Shown: one piece after another, positions 42,086 through 52,641 of the stretch
How positions within the stretch are numbered: position 1 is the stretch's first letter
Layout of the letters: every line of letters begins with the position of its first letter
Source of the DNA: Wickerhamiella versatilis
Lineage: Eukaryota
Reading direction: 5' to 3'
NCBI GenBank assembly: GCA_030867685.1
Contig: JAQOWU010000003.1
Coordinates: 744,001-808,000 of the forward strand
DNA: 64,000 bases
Translations under genes and position numbers: made by a program
Notes under the pieces: model-generated
Told to the model about the DNA's origin: nothing
Database searches by the model: none
The model's input: only the letters and a program-made list of their open reading frames with translations

Positions 42086-42412
42086 ATGGGTGTTGACGTA
42101 CAACAAATTAAGCCAGGTGACGGAAAGACGTACCCAAAGCCGGGTGATACCGTCACCATGCATTACAATGGTAAATTGGAAAGCGGAAAGAAGTTTGATT
42201 CAAGCTATGATCGTGGCCGCCCCTTCTCCACTGTCATAGGTAAGGGCCGGGTTATCAGAGGCTGGGACGAGGGTGTACCGCAGCTCAGCCTTGGTGAGAA
42301 AGCAATTCTTACCATTTCTGGTGACTATGCTTACGGCCCACGCGGCTTTCCAGGTTTAATCCCTCCCAATGCAACTTTGATTTTCGAAGTCGAATTGCTG
42401 GGTATTAATTAA
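42086..42412 (+). CDS. FPR1: FKBP12 peptidyl-prolyl isomerase
   Basis: MGVDV...[38 protein letters not shown]. Confidence 0.97.
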   Translation: MGVDVQQIKPGDGKTYPKPGDTVTMHYNGKLESGKKFDSSYDRGRPFSTVIGKGRVIRGWDEGVPQLSLGEKAILTISGDYAYGPRGFPGLIPPNATLIFEVELLGIN

Positions 42413-42539
42413 TATTTTAGCCAGTAGCTCATTGTATAGCTCAAAGTCCCATGGAAATGGAGCTACAAATCTCGCAAAAAGGAATTATAACCCTGAAGCG
42501 AACTTGATATTTCATCCTTTGCTATATTATAGTATCCTT

Positions 42540-43181
42540 TTAGCGTAGCTTCTCCGACTGACCCTGTGGTGTAAACTCGGCCTTTTGTATCCACTGGCAT
42601 ATTCGCCATGTGGTTTGCAAGTCCGGGCCCTTAATCCAGATTCGACCATTGACCCCAATTGCCACCTCGTACGGATATTTTTTTCCAATGGCATCAAGGA
42701 CCGGGTGGCCCTCAGAAATAAGATGACGTGCGAAGCCCAGTCCTACCTCGATGAGCATACCGTCCTGAAGTTGTCCGAACCCAGCAGCTTTTCCAGTGGT
42801 TGCATCAAAACACTCGAGCTCTGGGTCGAGCGCTGGATCTGCAGATGCCACACGAGCATACACTACGTCGCCCTGTACCAATTTAGGCTTGTTCTTGCGG
42901 GTTGCATTTTCGAATGCAAGCTCACCTAGGCGAACAGATCGGCTAAATGGTTGTAATGACACTCTATGATCCGTCATTATTCTCCCCTGAATCACACCAA
43001 TGACTAGATCACCGCGGGATGGTATATATCGTTTTGTGTTCGAATCCACAAAACCTACGCCGCGTGAGGTAGAAATATAGCCTGCATTTTGCGCCCTGGG
43101 CCGATCATGCCAAACGTCTATCCCAGGACCTGCCTTTAGACTCGAAAGGTCCACCAAATCGCCCGGTACGACGACTGGCAT
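42540..43181 (-). CDS. RRP40: Exosome cap subunit Rrp40
   Basis: KRYIP, FENATRKNKPKL, AIGVNGRIW. Confidence 0.93.
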   Translation of the reverse strand: MPVVVPGDLVDLSSLKAGPGIDVWHDRPRAQNAGYISTSRGVGFVDSNTKRYIPSRGDLVIGVIQGRIMTDHRVSLQPFSRSVRLGELAFENATRKNKPKLVQGDVVYARVASADPALDPELECFDATTGKAAGFGQLQDGMLIEVGLGFARHLISEGHPVLDAIGKKYPYEVAIGVNGRIWIKGPDLQTTWRICQWIQKAEFTPQGQSEKLR

Positions 43182-43225
43182 ACAGTTCTAATATTGAAGA
43201 ATATTACGTAACCAGAAATCCTGGT

Positions 43226-43618
43226 ATGGGTGCATGCCTGTCGTGCCTGTATCCAAGGAGAGACAAGTCTTTGACGACAGAGACGCAGCCATTGTTGGAT
43301 GATAGTTCAGTAGCGCAAGATCAGGACAGTGCTGATGCCAATACCAGAAATCAAAAGGATCTGAGTAGAATTGTTCAGTGCACACATGATCATTTCATAG
43401 ATATTACGACTTTGGGACAGCCAGAATTCGAGCACCAAGATGGCGGCGTGTCAGAGACACTGCTCCAGAGTATCAGAAATGTTGATCCCTCGAAAGTATG
43501 GAGCTGGCCCAAGTTGCGACCATTGACGGAGGAGGAGTCTGAAGTCCTAAATCACTACATACCTGAGACCGTTGAAAGAACTTCAGTTAAGCTTTCGTAC
43601 GTTGGCAAGTGGTATTAG
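43226..43618 (+). CDS. MEH1: Ego1/Meh1/LAMTOR1-like vacuolar anchor of the EGO complex
   Basis: MGACLSC (myristoyl plus palmitoyl sites), dileucine ETQPLL, LSRIV..T....IDI. Confidence 0.65.
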   Translation: MGACLSCLYPRRDKSLTTETQPLLDDSSVAQDQDSADANTRNQKDLSRIVQCTHDHFIDITTLGQPEFEHQDGGVSETLLQSIRNVDPSKVWSWPKLRPLTEEESEVLNHYIPETVERTSVKLSYVGKWY

Positions 43619-43965
43619 GCTATAATTAACGTTAGTGTTAGAAAGTAATGTGACATTGGGTTGAGTCTTAATAGGAAGGTTTTTTTCTTGACCAACAAAA
43701 GTTTTAGATATAATATCAATGGCTATCGAATTGCCTTTGTTTTGAGCTAGAAGAAGGTGGCTAGCTTCCAGAGAAAAGTCTAAAAGTCTTCTTAAGGAGC
43801 CGACCAGCAACGTCTATAAAACAGGCTCTTTACCATGTTATGGCATAGGTTCAGATAGTACGAAAAATAAACCTAAAAGAGGCTGTAACTGTTTTTTTTT
43901 GATTTTACCTATTTCTCTGTCACGAAAAACCTCGGAAGATTCAGACAAAAATTTGAGTCAGCACA

Positions 43966-44934
43966 ATGCTGGGCACCAATGCAATCAAACTCCTCGCTGG
44001 AAGCTCGCATATTGAGCTAGCAGAACTTGTGGCATCACGTTTGGGAAATGAAATAGCAGGTGTCGAAGGTCTAAAGATGCCGAACAATGAGCTCTGCGTC
44101 ATTTTCAGTGAGAGCGTCCGCGATGAAGACGTTTATGTTTTGCAAACTGGGCATGGTGCTATCAATGATCTTATAATGGAAATGCTCCTCATGATTGATG
44201 CCTGTAAGAGGGCTTCTGCTCGTCGAGTTACGGCGGTGATTCCGCTATTTCCTTACGCACGTCAGGATCGTCAAGATCAAGGAAGAGCCCCGATCAGTGC
44301 CAAACTTATCGCAACTATGCTACAGACTGCCGGGTGCGATCATGTGGTTGTCCTTGATTTGCATGCACCTCAGATCCAGGGGTTTTTCGATGTCTCTGTT
44401 GATAATTTGGTAGCTCAACCTTCCGTCGAGCATTACATGCGCACAAACGTCCTTGAAAACGCTGAGAGGGTAGCCATTGTCTCACCCGATGCTGGTGGGG
44501 CCAAGAGAGCTGCGTCACTTGCCGATAAGTTGGATCTGGAGCTTGCGTGCATTCATAAAGAACGCGCCGCAGCAAATGATGTTTCCAGCATGGTACTGGT
44601 TGGGGTGGTTCATAACCGCACTTGTGTCCTTATAGACGATATTGCCGACACATGCGCTACACTTTCCAGGGCAGCTGATTGCTTGTTACTACACGGTGCA
44701 AAGAATGTCATTGCGGTGGTAACCCATGGTGTTTTCAGTGGTGGTGCATTGGAGACACTCATGAACTCACGCTTGGAAAAGATTGTTTGCACGAATAGTA
44801 CTCCATTGAGTCCCTCAATTGTTAACTGCCCTAAGATCGAGCAGTTTGATATTTCTCCACTCATTGCAGAGGCCATTCGTCGACTCCACAACGGAGAATC
44901 CGTTTCATATTTATTGAATCATGAGCCATTGTGA
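43966..44934 (+). CDS. Ribose-phosphate pyrophosphokinase (Prs2/3/4 type)
   Basis: ESVRDEDV, PYARQD, DLHAPQIQGFF, VSPDAGG, DDIADTCAT, EAIRRLHNGESVS. Confidence 0.93.
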   Translation: MLGTNAIKLLAGSSHIELAELVASRLGNEIAGVEGLKMPNNELCVIFSESVRDEDVYVLQTGHGAINDLIMEMLLMIDACKRASARRVTAVIPLFPYARQDRQDQGRAPISAKLIATMLQTAGCDHVVVLDLHAPQIQGFFDVSVDNLVAQPSVEHYMRTNVLENAERVAIVSPDAGGAKRAASLADKLDLELACIHKERAAANDVSSMVLVGVVHNRTCVLIDDIADTCATLSRAADCLLLHGAKNVIAVVTHGVFSGGALETLMNSRLEKIVCTNSTPLSPSIVNCPKIEQFDISPLIAEAIRRLHNGESVSYLLNHEPL

Positions 44935-45171
44935 TTCTCGACTGAACTCCAAGTGAGGTATTAGTCTATAGGTGGGTATACATGGTGGGACAAGATGAGA
45001 TTATTCAAGCTTTCTTTCTTTTTGGTATCTTGCTTCGTACTTCTCCTTACAACAAGTGTAGTAATAGTTATAAAGCTAGTGTGACGCTAATACCTTTGTT
45101 ACTACATGTATAAGGGGTTAGACTAGATTGAATTCTATCTTGCTTGGACCACCAAAAAATGTCATAAGTGA

Positions 45172-45292
45172 GATAAAAATGCAAACCCACAATCTCATAG
45201 AATAGTTGCGTAAAAACTTAAAATTATACTCTGTATGTATTTTGCGAAGATTTTTTTTATCAAAGCCAGTTGGATAAAAGTACGATAGATAA
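45172..45292. promoter_or_regulatory. Cluster of four GATAA sites upstream of PUT1
   Basis: GATAA at 45172, 45257 (minus strand), 45273 and 45288. Confidence 0.4.
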
Positions 45293-45547
45293 CTCAAGGT
45301 GATTCAGATCCAAGGTAAGGGTTGTAATTACCATGATATCGTATTGATACAATAACCGATAGGTTCTCGGCAAGACTTTTAGATTTTACACAGGAATTGT
45401 ATCGCTCTTGTTGACCCTATGCGTACGAAATGGTACCGTCGAATGGACCCGAGTAAATTTACCATGAGCCCGTTGACTCAGGTAAGCTGATTCCGTCGGG
45501 AACAATAAATAATGCACTGATAGTCTCAGTTCAATCCCTAGTTCTAG

Positions 45548-46918
45548 ATGCTTGTTCGAGCTAGTCGCAATCCTGGAATACTGTTGAGACCATTTGTACG
45601 TCTTGAATCGACAAGGCAGCGAATGCAGGCCTTTACTCCTGCTGCAGGGACAGCAGTCGGGAGTGGCGCTATGGAGCAACAACCTCTTAAGGCCAAGCCT
45701 AATTGGATGAGCACTTTCAGTACATGGGATCTAACTTGTTTCACAATGATCTCTTTCATTACCTCGTCAAAGCCTTTGCTGAAATTGGCCATAAAGACCC
45801 TCCCGTGGACACCTACTTTTTTGATTAAAGCATTCGTCTGCCCTGTGTACAGTGGGGGTGAAACTACTGAAGAAGTGCGTGACACTGGCCGTAAACTCCT
45901 GGACCGTGGTATCGGGAATATGATGCTCTCCTACTGTGTAGAGGATGCTGATGGAACGAAAGGTGATGCATTGGAGAAAGCAGTCAGCGAGATTAAGCGT
46001 TCAGTAAGTGACGTTTTTGTTGCTCATAATAGAACGGCGGCAGAGCTGTATGAGAAAGGAATTATTGCTAACCCACCTATGAGCGGATATATCGCATTGA
46101 AACCCACTGGAATCAAAGCGGGTGCCGCTCAAGCGTTGGCAAACTACAACAAGCCTGAGTACCGAGAGATTTGGAATTCCTATCTTGATTCGTGTAGGGA
46201 TATTTGCCGCGAGGCATCAGAGAAAGGTGAAGGAAAGGTTGTTATAGTTTTTGATGCGGAAAAGACCTGGCTTCAGGATGGTGTATATGCCGCCCAGCGT
46301 GAAATGATGCGAGAGTTCAACCGTGATGGAAAGATCGTAGTGTGTGGGACACTTCAAATGTATCTGCAGAATTCTTTGAAGATTTTGCAGGATGATATGG
46401 CCCTTGCTCGTAAAGAAGGCTGGCAAATTGCCATGAAGCTTGTGCGCGGTGCATATATTCACTCAGAGCCTGACAGGTGGAATGTTATTCATCGATCCAA
46501 AGAAGATACCGATAAGAACTACGATGCTGGTGTTCAACTTATGTCCAACGAAATATTTAAGCATTTCCGCGATCCCTCTTATAAGTCTCCAGTCGGTCGT
46601 CTTATTGTCGCATCGCACAACTATCAATCATGCGACAAGGTTGACGAGCTGCTGTCAACGGTGCCTGCTCCCTCGGGTAATATAACTGGAGACGAGTCAA
46701 TTGTATTTGGCCAGCTTCTCGGAATGAACGAAGATCAGTCGACTGAACTTGGACTCAAGGGGCGTCGCGTAGTTAAGTATGTTCCTTGGGGCCCTGCTAA
46801 TGAGACTAAAGACTATCTTGTTCGTCGTCTCGAAGAAAATGGTGATGCCGCTCGTGGCGGATGGGACGATTTCAAGAAAGGCTGCAAAGAATTGACACGC
46901 CGTTTCACTAGCGCTTAA
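45548..46918 (+). CDS. PUT1: Mitochondrial proline dehydrogenase
   Basis: Presequence, DAEKT, KLVRGAY, VASHN, FGQLLGM, KYVPWG, YLVRRLEEN. Confidence 0.93.
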   Translation: MLVRASRNPGILLRPFVRLESTRQRMQAFTPAAGTAVGSGAMEQQPLKAKPNWMSTFSTWDLTCFTMISFITSSKPLLKLAIKTLPWTPTFLIKAFVCPVYSGGETTEEVRDTGRKLLDRGIGNMMLSYCVEDADGTKGDALEKAVSEIKRSVSDVFVAHNRTAAELYEKGIIANPPMSGYIALKPTGIKAGAAQALANYNKPEYREIWNSYLDSCRDICREASEKGEGKVVIVFDAEKTWLQDGVYAAQREMMREFNRDGKIVVCGTLQMYLQNSLKILQDDMALARKEGWQIAMKLVRGAYIHSEPDRWNVIHRSKEDTDKNYDAGVQLMSNEIFKHFRDPSYKSPVGRLIVASHNYQSCDKVDELLSTVPAPSGNITGDESIVFGQLLGMNEDQSTELGLKGRRVVKYVPWGPANETKDYLVRRLEENGDAARGGWDDFKKGCKELTRRFTSA

Positions 46919-47028
46919 GAACCATAATCTATTTATTTATATATCAGATATTAAGTCATAATAATCACTTGAAAATGAGTTTGGTGTCCAGTGGTTGCAG
47001 ATAGTATTACAAAGACATATATGCTGAT

Positions 47029-47937
47029 ATGTTCTTGGATCAAGTCCGATCACGCGGCGACCTGTCTCCAGACCTTATGGGACAGAATGATTGCGATATC
47101 GCTTCTCTAAAGAGGAGTTCTATAGCTATTATTTTTCGATCTCCGCAAGAAAGTTCTTCTGTGGATGATTTTCTGAGTAAAGCAGATCCGGAAAAACTCG
47201 AAGTTCTATTTATCAAACGAGCAATTGATGTACGGGATCGATGGTCTGGACATGTCGCACTCCCAGGCGGTCGTCAGAACCCCGGAGAAACTGATCTAGA
47301 AACAGCTAAACGGGAGACTCTTGAAGAAGTGGGTGTAGACTTGGATACTTGTGGATCTCTAGTTGGTCCTTTAGATCAGCGCCTTCTCAGAATTAAATGG
47401 GGCACACGTGTTGCTATGGTGCTATGCCCTTTTGTTTTCGTTGTGCATAATCCTGATGTTACGTTGAAAATTCAAGAAAGTGAAATAGCTGCAGCATTCT
47501 GGTACCCGTGGAAAATGATAGAAAAGCAGCCAGTGAAACTTGAGGTTCCAATAGGTGATAGGTTTCCTCTGCCTTTCCATCTAGACCCCAAAATGTACTT
47601 TCCTGCAATTCCTTTGCATCCTAAGCTTAGGGAACCCCCGCCCCCTTACTACTTATGGGGAGTGACGCTAGGAGTTCTCTCAGACCTTTTATTCATAGAT
47701 TGCCCGTCTCTGAGTTTTCAGCTCCCAACACTGAAGCCCTGGGATATGCGGGCAATATTGTATATTTTGCTTCTTTTCAAGAAATCACCATCTCGTAAAC
47801 CACCCCGTCTTGATATCATTAATCGATTAATGGTGGGGCATTTCAAACGCTTCCCCTGGGCTATCAGTCTCGGATATCTTTTACGTGCTGTGCTCCTATC
47901 TTGCATAATTGATAGACTTGCGAAATTATTCCTGTAA
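47029..47937 (+). CDS. Nudix hydrolase (CoA pyrophosphatase-like)
   Basis: WSGHVALPGG-x5-E-x7-RETLEEVG Nudix box, LWGVT, hydrophobic C-terminus. Confidence 0.8.
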   Translation: MFLDQVRSRGDLSPDLMGQNDCDIASLKRSSIAIIFRSPQESSSVDDFLSKADPEKLEVLFIKRAIDVRDRWSGHVALPGGRQNPGETDLETAKRETLEEVGVDLDTCGSLVGPLDQRLLRIKWGTRVAMVLCPFVFVVHNPDVTLKIQESEIAAAFWYPWKMIEKQPVKLEVPIGDRFPLPFHLDPKMYFPAIPLHPKLREPPPPYYLWGVTLGVLSDLLFIDCPSLSFQLPTLKPWDMRAILYILLLFKKSPSRKPPRLDIINRLMVGHFKRFPWAISLGYLLRAVLLSCIIDRLAKLFL

Positions 47938-48250
47938 CTAAGCCCTTAATTGGTTGTAAACTTAAATTAACGGAAATGACATACGAAGGACCACCCATTC
48001 GTCTCATATGTAGCCTAGTGAATTCTGTTTTAGTTTTTTTATTTCTCTAATACAACTTTACCCATATTCAAGGTCGTCTCACCAGATATCATATCGAGCA
48101 ATGCAAAGTTAATCAACTCTTTCAGGAAAGAACAATCTTAGCCGATTGCAAAATTATTCACTTTTCAAAGTTTTATATACGTTATTTACGGGATATCCTC
48201 AATGCTAGAGTTCCTGTCCAGGAAAAAAAATTAATACATATGAGGCATAT

Positions 48251-49786
48251 CTACGGGTCCAATGGCTTCCAGGACGGTTTGAGAATGTTTGTTCGAAGCC
48301 ATTCATCTCCTAAGAGTCTCAAACGATGCGCAGCTGGAAACGGTGCGTTCTCTGTCCAAGCACCTGATGCCGCTCTTAGTAGCTTCTCTCCCTGTCTACC
48401 ATAGGCCTGTACAAATCGCATGGCACTGACATCCCACCATGCAGCTACAGTACAATATGATGCGTTAGGAACTTGCTCTTTTGGACGATTCAAATTGCGA
48501 GCAAGGAACTTCCAGCCATGGGACATCGGATATGGATGTTTCAAATTTCCACTGAGTTTCGACTGTGTCATTGCCGCCCATACAGAGCATATACCAGCCA
48601 TACGTTCACCATATTGCTCATCAGTTTCCCAAAATCCATCGTGTTTCCGGTACCGCATTCTCCCACGACCCTCGTCAGTTTCCGTGGGGCAGCAATAGCC
48701 AATCAATTGAGGGCACTTTTTCACAAATCGTGCAATAACAAGTCTTCCAAGCTCTGGAAACTCGGTCCACAAAAGAACTGTGAGCATCGCAAGAGGTAGT
48801 GCTGCTTGTACCTTTACATTGGCTTCTGATTCTGCTTGCTGAACAACGCACTTCGCGTACTGGTTGAGAGTCCACTGATAAACCAAGGGGTCTGACTGGG
48901 AAGCTTGTATGAGCTCTTTCACTTCGTTACGGATCTTTATGAGCTGTCTTTTAGAATTCGTGAGTTGGCCAAATTTAGGCTTCAATTTCATCCTTATGGA
49001 GAAACAATGTTTCTTTAGCTCCTTATTCGCGGAAACTCGTGCGTTGATATCATTTTTTATGTGCTGAATGATATCCATGACATCAGAGTATTCTCGGTCG
49101 ACTTCAGCAAAATTTGTTGCAGAACTCTGAGCCTGTTGTTTCTCGTTTTCACGTTGGAGCTCTGCCTTAGCACGCTCTTCTTCGGATTTTTGCTTTGCCT
49201 CCTGCCTTTCTTTTTCTTTCTCCTGCTCCAATTTTCGTGCCCGTTCCCGTTCTCGTTCCCGTTCCCTTTCGCGTTCTTCAACCGCCTCACGTTCTTTACG
49301 TTCCGCCTCAAGACGCCTCGAACGTTGCGCTTCCTGCTCTGCTTTTTCTCGAGCTTTTCTTTCCTCATCCGCTTTGATTTCTGCTTCTTTACGAGCTTTT
49401 CGCTCTTTCTCTTCTTGAGCAATCTTTTCCAACTCCTCGGAACGCTTTTTCTCTGCCGCAGCTCTGATATTGTCCATACGCTCTTTCCTGCTAAGACGTA
49501 AGTTGCTGAGCTGCGCATCAATTCGCCTACAAGCCTCATTATATTCATGCTCTTGGCTCTGTTGATAGGATTTTATTGCCTCATAATCTTTTTCGAGCTC
49601 CTGTTCACGCTGTAGGCGTAGGGTGTCCGACCCGCTCAAGGCTTGTGGGGAACTTATGGGCCTAATTACGACTTTTCCGAGGTTTTCAACTTGTGCCGAT
49701 GCAAGGGCTTTACGCCAAGCTACTAGAGTTTCAGAAAGCGTTTCCTGTTCATCGTAGGAGTCACTGTCGTCCAGTGATACCCTCAT
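48251..49786 (-). CDS. GLE1: mRNA export factor Gle1
   Basis: E/R/K-rich coiled coil, then KPKFGQLTNS, QAESE, KKCP, YGRQGEKLL. Confidence 0.9.
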   Translation of the reverse strand: MRVSLDDSDSYDEQETLSETLVAWRKALASAQVENLGKVVIRPISSPQALSGSDTLRLQREQELEKDYEAIKSYQQSQEHEYNEACRRIDAQLSNLRLSRKERMDNIRAAAEKKRSEELEKIAQEEKERKARKEAEIKADEERKAREKAEQEAQRSRRLEAERKEREAVEERERERERERERARKLEQEKEKERQEAKQKSEEERAKAELQRENEKQQAQSSATNFAEVDREYSDVMDIIQHIKNDINARVSANKELKKHCFSIRMKLKPKFGQLTNSKRQLIKIRNEVKELIQASQSDPLVYQWTLNQYAKCVVQQAESEANVKVQAALPLAMLTVLLWTEFPELGRLVIARFVKKCPQLIGYCCPTETDEGRGRMRYRKHDGFWETDEQYGERMAGICSVWAAMTQSKLSGNLKHPYPMSHGWKFLARNLNRPKEQVPNASYCTVAAWWDVSAMRFVQAYGRQGEKLLRAASGAWTENAPFPAAHRLRLLGDEWLRTNILKPSWKPLDP

Positions 49787-50122
49787 CCCCCTGCTTACGC
49801 AACGATGCGCTTCGCGTCAAGAATAAAATGAAAGTGCGGCCTAAGACATGCCTAAATACTAAGTTAAAAATGATTGTTTTAATTCTTGTAAATAACCATC
49901 TGCAACCAGTCGAAGTCTAAGGATAATCCTTTTCTTACACAGGAGTTTCTTTCACTTTCGCACCAACAAAGCGCGAAGTGAGTTCATATTTTTTGAAAAA
50001 AAATCAAATTAAAAAAGAAAAATAATAAATTAGTGCAACTCATATCACTTGGCACGAATTCCAGTCATGCCATACTCTCACGAGAGTAGTCTGTATTACT
50101 CAGCGACAGCGAATTTTCAAGG

Positions 50123-52459
50123 ATGTCCAAATTCTTCGCTGCAGCTGGTTCGGATAATGAGCTTAGTTCTAGTGATGAAGAAGAGCTATACAGCTCCTCT
50201 GAGAAACTCTCTTCTAGTGAGCAGGAGAGCGAGGAAGAGTCAGAGGAGATGTCAGACGAATCAGAAGAAGAGTCTGGTGATGAGGAGGGTGCGCCTTCTC
50301 AAAGACCTGGCGCTCAGTACTTGAGGAATCAATTTCTCAAGGGTGCTGGCTCCAGTTCAGAATCTGAGGATTCTGAGGATGAGCGTGTGGTTGTAAAGTC
50401 CGCTAAAGAGAAGACATTTGATGAAGTCGATGCCGAGGCCCGAACTATAGACCAGGCAGGAGGGTCGCGTGACTGGTTGGCTATTCAGTCAGCATTCGAC
50501 AAGCTGGTTAAATCAACAGAAAGATCTTACAAGAATTACCGCACTGTGCCTGTCTCGTTTTGTTCTTCGATTACCTTACTAGGGGACCTTATCGCAAAGG
50601 AAGCATCTGAGAAGCGCAAGCTCAATTCATCGACCTCTAAGGCTTTGAACATCACCAAGCAGAGACTCAAGAAAGCTGAGCGCGAGTTCTCGAGGAAACT
50701 TGGTGAATACCGCGCCAATCCTGATAGCTACAACCCTGCAGAACCTCTCTTGAGCGAGGTCTCTCGTGAGCAAACTCCTCAACAGCAAGAGGAAACGCCA
50801 GAACTTGATTCAGTGTTCCAAACACTGCTGAGTGTAATCGAGCAGCGTGGTAAGAAGCATGCCGATCGACAGGAGCAGATTTCGACTTTAGATCGTGCCT
50901 TGGCTAAAGCCACTACAACCTATGAAAAGATTTCTGTGCTTTTGATTCTTATTCCCATCCGCTTTGATTTGAATACCGGTATAATGCCATTGCAGACGTG
51001 GAAAGCTATCGAGTCAGATATCCGCAGGTTGTTCGCCGTCTTAGAGTCTCAAGATGAGTACGTTGTGATTGAAACTGCTGCAGAGGTGGAGGATTTCGAA
51101 AAGGGACCCGCTCCAGGTGTTGGTGGAGTTAAACAGATCCCTGGGTCTGTGAGTGCTCTGATTGAACGGCTGGACGACGAGCATGCTAAGGCGTTGCAGG
51201 TGATCGATCCTCACACCCAGGAGTATATTGACCGACTTCGAGATGAGTCTGTATTACAGGACTTGTTCCTACAAGCCCAATGTTATATCGAGAAGAATTT
51301 GGCTCGGTTAGGTTTGAAGCCTGAGGAAAATGAGCCACTTTGCCGGGTTCTTGCGCGTAGACTTGAACATGCCTATTATAAGCCACTTTCAGCCCTTCCC
51401 TCGGCCTGGCCTCGTGTACCCGCTGCCCTGGACTCTAAGATAACACCACGCAGCCTTAACGACCCAACAGAGGTCATAGGTGCTTTGTGCTCAATGCTGT
51501 TCCGCCAGCCCAATCCGGTCCTTAGAGCAAAAGCAATGCTCAGTCTGATCTTTCATTATGCGCTCACAGACCGATATTACGATGCTCGTGATCTCATGCT
51601 TATGTCTCATCTCCAATCCTCAGTGCATACAATGGAGCCATCAGTTCAGGTTCTCTTTAACAGGACCTTGGTTCAATTAGGCCTTTGCGCTTTCCGTGCT
51701 GGTCTTATATCAGAATCACTTCAGTGCTTGCAAGAGCTTTGCTCTTCTTCACGGTTGAAGGACCTTCTTGGACAAGGCCAGGGAACTGTCGTGCTTCCTT
51801 TCCACACTCATATAAATCTGGAAATGATCGAGTGCGTCTACTTGACGGCTTCTATGCTTATAGAGATTCCCTACTTGGCTCAAACCTGCGGGGATACACG
51901 CAAGCGTGCGATATCTCGCCCATTCCGCCGACTTCTGGATTATCATGACCGCCAGGTATTCTCTGGTCCATCCGAGAACACCAGGGATTCTGTGATTCAA
52001 GCGGCGAAGTGTTTGCAAGAAGGAGACTGGCATTCAGCCTCAAACCTTCTGTCTTCAATTAAGATATGGAATCTCCTGGCTAGCGAGACGAGTGTCCTTG
52101 ATATGTTGTCGAGGAAGTTGAAGATTGAGGGACTGAAGACTTACCTATTGACTTATGGGCCTCAATACTCATCTTTGAGCTTGCAGTCGTTACGGAATCA
52201 ATTCGAATTAGAAGAAAGTGAAATCCGATCTCTAGTTACAAAGATGATTGTATCCGACGAGATACCAGCAGTATTTGATGAGAGTTCAGCGTTCATAATA
52301 TTCAGGGCAGAGACTGGTACCACGAAGCTGCAGGCATTGACACTTGCGTTGGCAGAAAAGTTACAGCAACTTGGTGAGCGCAATGAGAGACTTGCAGCTG
52401 ATGGTTATGGTCCCGAGCCCGTGGCTCGTCGGACACAGAGACCTGTGAAGACGCGATAA
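50123..52459 (+). CDS. NIP1: Translation initiation factor eIF3 subunit c
   Basis: MSKFF plus acidic N-terminus, VVKSAKEK, LPFHTHINLE, C-terminal PCI domain. Confidence 0.95.
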   Translation: MSKFFAAAGSDNELSSSDEEELYSSSEKLSSSEQESEEESEEMSDESEEESGDEEGAPSQRPGAQYLRNQFLKGAGSSSESEDSEDERVVVKSAKEKTFDEVDAEARTIDQAGGSRDWLAIQSAFDKLVKSTERSYKNYRTVPVSFCSSITLLGDLIAKEASEKRKLNSSTSKALNITKQRLKKAEREFSRKLGEYRANPDSYNPAEPLLSEVSREQTPQQQEETPELDSVFQTLLSVIEQRGKKHADRQEQISTLDRALAKATTTYEKISVLLILIPIRFDLNTGIMPLQTWKAIESDIRRLFAVLESQDEYVVIETAAEVEDFEKGPAPGVGGVKQIPGSVSALIERLDDEHAKALQVIDPHTQEYIDRLRDESVLQDLFLQAQCYIEKNLARLGLKPEENEPLCRVLARRLEHAYYKPLSALPSAWPRVPAALDSKITPRSLNDPTEVIGALCSMLFRQPNPVLRAKAMLSLIFHYALTDRYYDARDLMLMSHLQSSVHTMEPSVQVLFNRTLVQLGLCAFRAGLISESLQCLQELCSSSRLKDLLGQGQGTVVLPFHTHINLEMIECVYLTASMLIEIPYLAQTCGDTRKRAISRPFRRLLDYHDRQVFSGPSENTRDSVIQAAKCLQEGDWHSASNLLSSIKIWNLLASETSVLDMLSRKLKIEGLKTYLLTYGPQYSSLSLQSLRNQFELEESEIRSLVTKMIVSDEIPAVFDESSAFIIFRAETGTTKLQALTLALAEKLQQLGERNERLAADGYGPEPVARRTQRPVKTR

Positions 52460-52641
52460 TTTGATGGGTCTTTTTTTGTCGATTTACGTATCTAAAATAT
52501 AGTAGCTATGCCTGCTAGAAATCATATGGTCAGCGAGTTTTAAAAACTAGGTGGATCACATAAAAACCTAACGGGAAGTTCAACTCACCGAGTCGTATGA
52601 TAATTGCTTATGTACATAAATCTATTAAGGTAGTAGGTAAT

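Noticed and set aside
4985-42412. Calcineurin, CaMKK-like kinase and FKBP12 in one window as a functional cluster
   Set aside because: They are separated by many unrelated genes over 37 kb, which is consistent with chance.
47920-47937. AKL near the Nudix C-terminus as a PTS1
   Set aside because: It is followed by FL before the stop, so it is not terminal.
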